Assembly: GCA_035647435.1 (NCBI GenBank)
Contig: DASRNM010000014.1
Coordinates: 1-55,549, forward strand
Reading direction: 5' to 3'
Source: Clostridia bacterium
Lineage (GTDB): Bacteria; Bacillota; Clostridia; Oscillospirales; Acutalibacteraceae
DNA length: 55,549 bases
The stretch's first letter is position 1. The number at the start of each line of letters is the position of its first letter. The notes under the pieces are model-generated. The model was not told the DNA's origin. It made no database searches and saw only the letters and a list, made by a program, of their open reading frames with translations. A program made the position numbers and the translations under genes. This document shows positions 27,325-35,304 of the stretch, one piece after another.

Positions 27325-28038
27325 TTGATACCGAAGGTTATACATTATTGCTGGTTTGGGAGAGGTGAGAAACCTAAGCTTGTGAAAAAATGCATTGCAA
27401 CATGGTCAAAGCAGCTACCCGAATATGAAATAAAAGAGTGGAACGAAGACAATTTTGATATAAATGGCAACACATTTACAAGACAAGCCTACGAAAACAG
27501 AAACTTTGCCTTTGTTAGTGACTATATAAGAGCCTGCGTTCTGTATGAACACGGGGGAATATATTTTGACACCGATGTTGAGGTTTTGAAAAGCTTTGAC
27601 AGATTTTTAGACGAAAAAATGTTTGTCGGCTTTGAAGAAAAAGCCTTTGTCGGCACTTGTGTTATGGGTGCGAAAAAGGGGCAGCCGATAATCAAAGAAT
27701 ATATGAAGCATTATGAAAACACACCATATGTTATGCCCGATGGAACTTTTTATAAAGACACCAACGTGGTTTTGTTGACAAGAATGCTCGAGGATAAGGG
27801 CCTTGTAAGAAACGATGAGTACCAATGCATTGAAGGTGTCAGCGTTTACCCTCAGACCTTTTTCAGCCCCTATGATTATATAAACGGAATAAGTAACATT
27901 ACTGAAAACAGCTATGCTATTCACCATTTTGCAAAATTATGGTTGCCTAAAAGAGTAAGAATGAAGTCAAAGTTGAAAAGGACGCTTGTCAAGATTTTTG
28001 GAAAAGACATTGTTTCAAAGCTCAGGGGGCAAAAATGA
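27325..28038 (+). CDS. Glycosyltransferase family 32-like (Gly_transf_sug, DXD-containing)
   Basis: IPKVIHYCWFG start, FVSDYIRACVLYEHGGIYFDTDVE (DXD). TTG 27325 lies 7 nt after GGGAG; the ORF-track GTG 27316 abuts the RBS. Confidence 0.8.
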   Translation: MIPKVIHYCWFGRGEKPKLVKKCIATWSKQLPEYEIKEWNEDNFDINGNTFTRQAYENRNFAFVSDYIRACVLYEHGGIYFDTDVEVLKSFDRFLDEKMFVGFEEKAFVGTCVMGAKKGQPIIKEYMKHYENTPYVMPDGTFYKDTNVVLLTRMLEDKGLVRNDEYQCIEGVSVYPQTFFSPYDYINGISNITENSYAIHHFAKLWLPKRVRMKSKLKRTLVKIFGKDIVSKLRGQK

Positions 28039-29240
28039 AAAAACAAATTCTTGTTACGGCTTGTAGCATGGAGGTTGGAGGAATCGAGAGAAGCACAGCC
28101 GGGCTTATAAATTCAATAGACTATGAAAAATATGACGTTGATTTGTTGCTGTTTTCACGCAAGGGCGAGTTTATGCCTTTGCTCACAGACAAGTGCAATA
28201 TTTTGCCCGAAATATCTCAATGCGCAACACTTTTAAAGCCTATTAGTGAAGTAATTAAATCGGGTCACCCGATTATGGCAACTTCAAGAGTTTTTTCAAA
28301 AATAAGAACGAAAAATAAATTCAGAAGCTCTGATTTTAGGGATGACGCACTTGTGTTTGCGCACCTTCAGTCGATGTGGGATAATTCGGTGATGTTTATG
28401 CCTGCGCTTGAAAAGGAATACGATGTTGTTATGAGTTTTATGTGGCCACATCATTATGTGGCAAAAAAGGTTAAAGGTAAAACAAAAATTGCATGGGTTC
28501 ATACTGACTATTCGAATGCGGCTCTCGACAATGGAAAAGACGAAAAAGTATGGAATAAATTTGACTATATAGCTGCGGTATCCGATGAATGCGCAAATGC
28601 TTTCAAAAAGATTTATCCCTCGTTTTCGGACAAGGTTGTTACAATTGAAAATGTTCTGCCGACGGAATTTGTTAAAGAGCAATCTGACGAGTTTGATCCT
28701 GAAGAAATGAAAACACAAAGGGTTAAGATATTAACTGCGGGCAGGTTTTGTTATGCAAAGGCATACGACAAGGCTGTTGAAATTTGCAAGCTGTTAGTTG
28801 ATAAAGGTCTTGATATAAATTGGTATGCACTGGGCTACGGAACACTTGAAAGTGAAATTAAACAGAAAGTGCAAGAGTTAGGGCTTGAAGAACGCTTTAT
28901 ATTTTTAGGTAAAAAAATCAATCCATACCCTTATATGAAAAGCTGTGATATTTATGTTCAGCCCTCAAGATATGAGGGGAAAGCTGTAACTGTAAGGGAA
29001 GCACAAATGCTTGGCAAACCCGTTGTAATAACGAATTTTAAAACAGCCGAAAGTCAAGTGAAAAATGGTTTTGATGCTATTGTTTCACCGATGGAAAACG
29101 AGGCTGTTGCAAAATATATTCAAAAGCTGATTGAAGATGAGGCTTTAAGAAAAAGACTCAGCGAAAATTCGTTAAAAACGGATTACAGCAACATTGAATA
29201 TATTGATAAGCTTTTCGAGTTAATAGAGGCGGGTGAATGA
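28035..29240 (+). CDS. Glycosyltransferase GT-B fold (GT4), paralog 1 of 3
   Basis: MKKQILVTACSMEVGGIERS... and NPYPYMKSCDIYVQPSRYEGKAVTVREAQMLGKPVV. Similar along its whole length to the 30923 and 33281 products. Confidence 0.85.
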   Translation: MKKQILVTACSMEVGGIERSTAGLINSIDYEKYDVDLLLFSRKGEFMPLLTDKCNILPEISQCATLLKPISEVIKSGHPIMATSRVFSKIRTKNKFRSSDFRDDALVFAHLQSMWDNSVMFMPALEKEYDVVMSFMWPHHYVAKKVKGKTKIAWVHTDYSNAALDNGKDEKVWNKFDYIAAVSDECANAFKKIYPSFSDKVVTIENVLPTEFVKEQSDEFDPEEMKTQRVKILTAGRFCYAKAYDKAVEICKLLVDKGLDINWYALGYGTLESEIKQKVQELGLEERFIFLGKKINPYPYMKSCDIYVQPSRYEGKAVTVREAQMLGKPVVITNFKTAESQVKNGFDAIVSPMENEAVAKYIQKLIEDEALRKRLSENSLKTDYSNIEYIDKLFELIEAGE

Positions 29241-29241
29241 A

Positions 29242-29838
29242 ATGATTATAAAAGGGCGTCAAATGCTCAACGAATTTCTTCAAGCGGATTTATATAGATA
29301 CTGTGGTAAAACAGATAAAAAAAGCATGAGAAAATACAGACGAAAATCGGGAGGTTTTCGTTTTACATACTATATGAGGAAATGTAATTACTATCGAAAT
29401 CAGAAAAATATAAAGTTTTTACTTTTTCCATTTTATAAACACAAAAAAGATAAAACAGGCATTAAGTTTGGCTTTGACATTTATGACATGACGCAAATAG
29501 GTAAAGGTTTTCATATTGCTCATATCAGCGGCGTTGTTGTCCACAACGAGGCGGTTATAGGCAAAAATGTAAGCATTTCTCACTGTGTTACAATCGGTCA
29601 GACTAAAAGAAATGGTGAGGTTTTAACACCCGTGATAGGTGATAACGTTTATATTGCGCCAGGTGCAAAGGTTATTGGCGGAATATCAATAGGAAACAAT
29701 TCTGTCATAGGTGCAAATGCGGTTGTCACAAAGGATGTGCCCGAGAACGCAGTTGTGGCAGGAGTGCCTGCAAAGGTTTTATCATATAAAGGCTCGGCAG
29801 ACTATTTGATTAACCCATTGATTGATAAAAGAAATTGA
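29242..29838 (+). CDS. Hexapeptide-repeat O-acetyltransferase (serine acetyltransferase/WcaB-like)
   Basis: Left-handed beta-helix repeats (IGKNVSISHCVTIG, IGDNVYIAPGAKVIGGISIGNNSVIGANAVV) follow a basic helical N-terminal region. The start is ATG 29242 or GTG 29233. Confidence 0.82.
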   Translation: MIIKGRQMLNEFLQADLYRYCGKTDKKSMRKYRRKSGGFRFTYYMRKCNYYRNQKNIKFLLFPFYKHKKDKTGIKFGFDIYDMTQIGKGFHIAHISGVVVHNEAVIGKNVSISHCVTIGQTKRNGEVLTPVIGDNVYIAPGAKVIGGISIGNNSVIGANAVVTKDVPENAVVAGVPAKVLSYKGSADYLINPLIDKRN

Positions 29839-29856
29839 CGACGGTGTGGTGATTGT

Positions 29857-30909
29857 TTGGTAAAGAATTGTTTGGTTTCGGTTGTTGTACCCATTTATAA
29901 CGCTCAAAAGTATTTGGAAGAATGTATTGATTCATTAATTGCCCAAACAATTTTTGAAAGTCTTGAGGTGTTGCTTGTTGACGACGGGTCAACTGATAGC
30001 TCGCCTGAAATTTGTGAAGAATATTCACACAAACATGAAAACATAAAAGTATTACACCAACAAAACATGGGAGTTAGCGGTGCAAGAAACACAGGCATTG
30101 AAAATGCTAATTGTAAATACGTCGGGTTTGTGGATTCGGACGATTATGTTTACCCCGAAATGTATGAGAATCTGTATGAATTAGCTCAAAAAACCTCAGC
30201 TGATATTACGGTATGCGGCTTTAAGCATATATACCCTGACAAGGATGTAACGATAGAATATCCTTTCAACAAGGGAAAATTTCTTGACGGTGAATATGTA
30301 AGGGAAAAAGTTTGCCCGTTTATGTTAAGTGATTCTTCGCTAAATTCAGTGTGCAATAAGATATTTAAACGAGATGTTTTGATACAAGAATCAATAAGAA
30401 TGAACACCGAAAAAAAGCAGGGAGAGGACAGAGAGTTTCTTCTCAAAACTATGCAAAAATCAAACGGTATGGCATTCACTTCTTATGTCGGTTACTACTA
30501 TCGGTATAATGAAACTAGTGCGATTCAAAAACCGAGACATGACTATGTAGACACAATTTTAAATCAGTATTTTGATGATTTTGAGTTGTTCGGTGATTTT
30601 AGAATGACGATGGAAGAAATAAAAGAAATAAACGATATCAGTGCAATGAAGCAAATTATTTGCGCCTTGTCCTTTTCTGTTAACAAGATGAGCGGTAAGT
30701 CCAGAAGGCAACAGCTCAAAAGCATTATGTGCAACGAACAGGTCAGGGCATTAATGAACAGTTCGTGGCAGCGGCAGATGGAAAACAATTCAAAATTTAA
30801 CATAATGATTTTGAAAATGATAAAAAGAAAAAGCGTTGTCGGTGTTCTTTTTATTACAGGTGCAATGAAAGCAAAGGTTAGTCTTTATAACATCTTAAAT
30901 AAAAAATGA
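29857..30909 (+). CDS. Glycosyltransferase family 2
   Basis: VSVVVPIYNAQKYLEECIDSL, LLVDDGSTDSS and DSDDY. TTG start. Confidence 0.85.
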   Translation: MVKNCLVSVVVPIYNAQKYLEECIDSLIAQTIFESLEVLLVDDGSTDSSPEICEEYSHKHENIKVLHQQNMGVSGARNTGIENANCKYVGFVDSDDYVYPEMYENLYELAQKTSADITVCGFKHIYPDKDVTIEYPFNKGKFLDGEYVREKVCPFMLSDSSLNSVCNKIFKRDVLIQESIRMNTEKKQGEDREFLLKTMQKSNGMAFTSYVGYYYRYNETSAIQKPRHDYVDTILNQYFDDFELFGDFRMTMEEIKEINDISAMKQIICALSFSVNKMSGKSRRQQLKSIMCNEQVRALMNSSWQRQMENNSKFNIMILKMIKRKSVVGVLFITGAMKAKVSLYNILNKK

Positions 30910-30922
30910 TTGAGGAGCAGGG

Positions 30923-32113
30923 ATGAAAAAAAACATTTTATTTGTTATGCCCTCGCTTTCAAGCGGAGGAGCAGAAAAAAGTCTTGTTACACTTTTAAAT
31001 TTAATAGATTACAATAAATACAATGTTGACCTGTATCTTTTCAGAAAAGCGGGGCTGTTTGTTGACCAAATACCGGAAAAAGTTAACTTGATGACAGCAG
31101 GGCATGACTATGAATTGTTTGATGGTAGCTTTAAAAAGGCGATATTAAGTTTTTTAAAGTTAGGCAAGTTTTCACTTGCTTTTCACAGAATTAAATATGC
31201 ATGGGTGTTATTTTCGCACAAGAAAAACAAGCAAAAACTTGCATGGCAGTGTTTAAGTCAAGCAATGACCGTGCCTGAAAAAGAATACGATGTAGCAATA
31301 GGTTACCTCGAAGGAACATCGGTTTATTTTTGCGTTGACAAGGCTAAAGCTAAAAAAAGAATTGGTTATATTCACACTGATTATAATAGGATAATCGAAC
31401 AAAAGAAAACTGATGAACCGTATTTTAAAAAGCTTGATGTAATTGTTGGAGTGTCAAAAAGCTGTGTGGACATTCTCAACAAATTTTTTCCGTTTACTGT
31501 CGGGAAGACAAGAGTTGTAGAAAACATAATTTCAAAGAAAGCAATCAACAAAATGGCTCAGACCAATAAAAGTGTTTATGACAATAAAGGCGGAGAAACG
31601 GTTATTCTTACAATTGGTAGGCTGTCGAAACCAAAGGGGATTGATAATGCGGTGAACGCCTGTGCAATCCTTAAAGAAAACGGATACAAAATTAAGTGGT
31701 ATCAAATCGGTGTCGGCGAGCTAAAGGCAGAAATTGAAAGTCAAATTAAATCAAAAGGGCTTGAAAACGAGTTTGTTATGCTTGGTGAAAAGTCGAACCC
31801 TTACCCTTATATAAAGCAGTGCGATGTTTATGTTCAACCCTCAAATTATGAAGGCAAGGCAATAGCTGTTGATGAGGTCAAGTGCGTGCAGAAGCCAATT
31901 GTGGTTACTGATTTTTCCACAGTGTTTGACCAGATAGAAAATGGAAAGAATGGATTGATTGCAAACAAAAACCCACAGTCAATAGCGGATAAAATAAAAC
32001 ATCTGATTGACAACCCTGAAAAGAAAGCAGAGTTTTGCGAAAACCTTAAAAGAGAATCGGTAGGCAATGAAGAGGAAATAAACAAGCTGTATGAGATTAT
32101 AGATAGAGTTTGA
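30923..32113 (+). CDS. Glycosyltransferase GT-B fold (GT4), paralog 2 of 3
   Basis: MKKNILFVMPSLSSGGAEKSLVTLLNLIDYNKYNVDLYLF and NPYPYIKQCDVYVQPSNYEGKAIAV. RBS GAGGAG. Confidence 0.85.
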   Translation: MKKNILFVMPSLSSGGAEKSLVTLLNLIDYNKYNVDLYLFRKAGLFVDQIPEKVNLMTAGHDYELFDGSFKKAILSFLKLGKFSLAFHRIKYAWVLFSHKKNKQKLAWQCLSQAMTVPEKEYDVAIGYLEGTSVYFCVDKAKAKKRIGYIHTDYNRIIEQKKTDEPYFKKLDVIVGVSKSCVDILNKFFPFTVGKTRVVENIISKKAINKMAQTNKSVYDNKGGETVILTIGRLSKPKGIDNAVNACAILKENGYKIKWYQIGVGELKAEIESQIKSKGLENEFVMLGEKSNPYPYIKQCDVYVQPSNYEGKAIAVDEVKCVQKPIVVTDFSTVFDQIENGKNGLIANKNPQSIADKIKHLIDNPEKKAEFCENLKRESVGNEEEINKLYEIIDRV

Positions 32114-32138
32114 TTTTAATAAAAGTGAGGTGCGGGGC

Positions 32139-33284
32139 ATGGAAACAGCGGTTATCATATTCGGTATTTTAACAGGCATTTTTTTAATTGTCATACTGTT
32201 TGACATTATTCCCCTTGCATCGACATTCATTGGCAGAATACATATAGGTCGATGGAGTGATACAAAAAAGTGGAAGGCAATAACCGACAAACAAGGACTA
32301 AAACAACTAAAAAAAACACCTGGTGTGCCTATAACCGACAACACAAGGTTTACTTTGATTGACAGGTTGAGAGGTCAATACAAAAATAAAAACATAGCTG
32401 CGTGGCAAAAAGCGGCCCTGATTTTGGGAGCGCAGAACATTAAAAATGAAAGCTCTGACAAAATGATTTTAGACTGTATTAAAAAATTAACCGACAAACA
32501 GGGTGATTGGGCGCAATTCAATAAAAGTGTTGATAGTGCTATGCTTGCGTTTTCTATATTGAACACCGAAGCGGTAGATACCGAAAAAATTAGAACAGCG
32601 ATGCAAAAGACTGCTGAAATACTTTTAGATGCAGGAGAAAAACACGAAACAATACCCTATAACCCTTCAATTGCGAACATAAGGTTTGTTGACACAGTGG
32701 GAATGATTTGCCCATTTTTATTTAAGTATGACAAAGAATATGAATGTCAGGCGGCTTTTGACCTTGGAAAAAGACAGTTGGAGGAATACCTAAAACATGG
32801 TATTGACGAGAAGACAGGCTTGCCTTACCATTGCTTTGACAAGGAGAATAAAGCTAACTTAGGCGTTGCGGGTTGGGGCAGAGGCAGTGGCTGGTTTTGC
32901 GTCGCACTTGCGGACAGTTACAATTCAACAGGCAACAAACAAATGCGTGAATTTTTAGAGATACAAATGAAAATATTTGCAGATACTCTTATTGAATATC
33001 AGCTCTCAAACGGTGGATGGAGCAGGCAGATTCTTGCAGAAAAAACAGGGGAAGCCTCTTCAACGGCAATGATTAGCTGGTTTATGGGCGAAGTTTACAA
33101 CCTAACGGGAAACGAGAAATATTTAAATTGTCTTAAAAACGGCGCAAGTTTTTTAAAAAGCTGCACAAGGCAAGACGGAACAATTGACTATGCACAGGGC
33201 GACACAAAGGCGATAGGCTTTTATTCTGCGAAGCTGTCACCTATGCCTGCGGCACAAGGGTTTGTAATGAGGATTGAAGTATGA
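32139..33284 (+). CDS. Membrane-anchored glycoside hydrolase family 88/105-like protein (unsaturated glycuronyl hydrolase fold)
   Basis: N-terminal TM METAVIIFGILTGIFLIVILFDIIPL. GVAGWGRGSGWFCVALAD resembles the W-(A/C)-RG-N-GW motif of GH88/GH105. GEASSTAMISWF resembles the downstream SGTAMF-type motif. ATG 32139 lies 8 nt after GAGG. Confidence 0.6.
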   Translation: METAVIIFGILTGIFLIVILFDIIPLASTFIGRIHIGRWSDTKKWKAITDKQGLKQLKKTPGVPITDNTRFTLIDRLRGQYKNKNIAAWQKAALILGAQNIKNESSDKMILDCIKKLTDKQGDWAQFNKSVDSAMLAFSILNTEAVDTEKIRTAMQKTAEILLDAGEKHETIPYNPSIANIRFVDTVGMICPFLFKYDKEYECQAAFDLGKRQLEEYLKHGIDEKTGLPYHCFDKENKANLGVAGWGRGSGWFCVALADSYNSTGNKQMREFLEIQMKIFADTLIEYQLSNGGWSRQILAEKTGEASSTAMISWFMGEVYNLTGNEKYLNCLKNGASFLKSCTRQDGTIDYAQGDTKAIGFYSAKLSPMPAAQGFVMRIEV

Positions 33285-34492
33285 AGAAAAAAGTGATGTT
33301 TGTTATCCCCAGCCTTGAAAGTGGCGGTGCTGAAAAAAGCTTGTTGACACTTTTAAGTCTGTTTGATTATGAAAAATATGAAGTAGATTTATTTGCCTTT
33401 AACCCAAGCGGTATGATAAAAGATATGCTACCCGATCAGGTTAATTTGCTTGATTTGCCCACGGATTATATAATATCAAAGCTGCCTCTTCATAAATCAG
33501 TTTTGAGTTTTTTGAAAAGAGGAAAAATTCGAATTGCCATTGACAGAATAAAATATTCAATGGTATTGAGAAAGTATGGATATTCAAACAAGGCTGAACA
33601 ATATGCTTGGAAGCATATGAAAAAATTTTTAACTTTGCAGCAAAAAAAATACGATGTTGCAATCGGTTACCTTGAAAAAACCTCAAACTATTATGTTGTT
33701 GACATGGTTAATTCAAACACCAAAATAGCTTATATTCACAGCGATTATGAAAAGCTAAACACTGACAAGAGTTTTGATAAGAAATATTTTGAAAAGACCG
33801 ATTTTACTGTTACGGTTTCACAATCATGTTCGGAGAGTTTAAAAAATAATCAGCCGAGTGTCGCGGGAAAAATCCGTGTCATTGAAAACATTGTTTCAAA
33901 GGAAACAATTTTGGATTTATCAAAAGAGGGGAAAGGGTTTGAAAGGAACGATTCAAACACAATTATATTGACTGTTGGGAGACTATCAAAAGAAAAAGGG
34001 GTAGACCTTGCGATTGAAGCTTGCAAACTACTTTTAGTTGACGGATATAAAATAAAGTGGTATCATATCGGAGATGGAAATTGGGGAAATAAAGTCAAAA
34101 AAATGATTGAAGAATCAAACCTAATTGATACCTTTATTCTGTTGGGTTTGCGGTCGAATCCCTACCCATTTATTGCGAGTTGTGATGTGTTCGTTCAGCC
34201 TTCAAGATATGAAGGCAAATCAATAGCAATAGAAGAGGCAAAGGTGCTCGGTAAGCCTATTGTGTGCACAGCTTTTTCAACGGTGCATGATCAGATTGAA
34301 GACGAAGTTACAGGCTTTATTTCTGAGATTGACAGTGTTTCAATTGCTAAAAAAATTAAAACGCTGATTGATAACCCTGTGATACGCGAAACAGTTGCAA
34401 AAAATGCAGCGTTATATCAAGGCAACGAAAATGAGATTCAAAAGCTATACGATTTATTTAAACAGGAATTCGATGCTCACGAGGTGGAATAA
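33281..34492 (+). CDS. Glycosyltransferase GT-B fold (GT4), paralog 3 of 3
   Basis: MKKKVMFVIPSLESGGAEKSLLTLLSLFDYEKYEVDLFAF and NPYPFIASCDVFVQPSRYEGKSIAIEEAKVLGKPIV. ATGA overlap with the upstream gene. Confidence 0.85.
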   Translation: MKKKVMFVIPSLESGGAEKSLLTLLSLFDYEKYEVDLFAFNPSGMIKDMLPDQVNLLDLPTDYIISKLPLHKSVLSFLKRGKIRIAIDRIKYSMVLRKYGYSNKAEQYAWKHMKKFLTLQQKKYDVAIGYLEKTSNYYVVDMVNSNTKIAYIHSDYEKLNTDKSFDKKYFEKTDFTVTVSQSCSESLKNNQPSVAGKIRVIENIVSKETILDLSKEGKGFERNDSNTIILTVGRLSKEKGVDLAIEACKLLLVDGYKIKWYHIGDGNWGNKVKKMIEESNLIDTFILLGLRSNPYPFIASCDVFVQPSRYEGKSIAIEEAKVLGKPIVCTAFSTVHDQIEDEVTGFISEIDSVSIAKKIKTLIDNPVIRETVAKNAALYQGNENEIQKLYDLFKQEFDAHEVE

Positions 34493-35256
34493 TGATTGAC
34501 TTACATTGTCACGTTCTTCATGAAATAGATGACGGCGCCCAATCGTTAACTGATGCAATACAGCTTTGCATGCTTGCTAACGAGAATGGAGTAGAAAAAA
34601 TTGTTCTCACGCCTCATCTAAAAAACGTAACGGAAATTGATGAATTTCTTGAAGTCAGAAATGAAAAGTTTCAGCAGCTTCAAACCGAGATTGACAAGAG
34701 AAAAATTAATATTGAAATTTTCCCCGGTGCTGAGGTTTATGTAAATGATGATATATTCTATAGCACTAATTTAGACAAGGTTACAATCAACTCAAGCAAA
34801 TACATATTGATTGAGTTTGATTTTTTTGGTCTAACAGTCGAAAGAATCTGCAGTTATTTGGACGAAATCGAAAAAAGCGATTTAATACCTATAATAGCGC
34901 ACCCTGAAAGATATGAATACTTTCAAAAGGATTATTTTAAAATTAACTACTTGTTGTCTGAAAGAGATGTTTACTTTCAGATCAACGCCGGGAGTTTAGC
35001 TGGCTTTGGCACAAGAGAAGAGTTTGAATTAGCCTATCAAATGGTTAAAAACAACGTAGCAAGTTTTATTGGGACAGATGCACATTCAATCCGAGGAAGG
35101 GCAAATGATTTGTTGAGGATGACATACTTCTTTCCTCCCGACATCGAACATAGAAGCCTTGACTACATGGTTAATGTTGCGCCCGAAGCAGTCATTAATA
35201 ACGAGAAGCTTCCTCCGATAAGAAGGGGAAGACTTCAAAGGGCAAGATGGTTTTAG
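34492..35256 (+). CDS. cpsB: Protein-tyrosine phosphatase, PHP family (CpsB/CapC/YwqE type)
   Basis: MIDLHCHVLHEIDDGAQS N-terminus, with later AHPERY and GTDAHS metal motifs. Confidence 0.88.
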   Translation: MIDLHCHVLHEIDDGAQSLTDAIQLCMLANENGVEKIVLTPHLKNVTEIDEFLEVRNEKFQQLQTEIDKRKINIEIFPGAEVYVNDDIFYSTNLDKVTINSSKYILIEFDFFGLTVERICSYLDEIEKSDLIPIIAHPERYEYFQKDYFKINYLLSERDVYFQINAGSLAGFGTREEFELAYQMVKNNVASFIGTDAHSIRGRANDLLRMTYFFPPDIEHRSLDYMVNVAPEAVINNEKLPPIRRGRLQRARWF

Positions 35257-35304
35257 CAAGTTTTCTGATGTTCGTAAACTACAAAATCTTGGGAGTGTAA
35301 AAAA

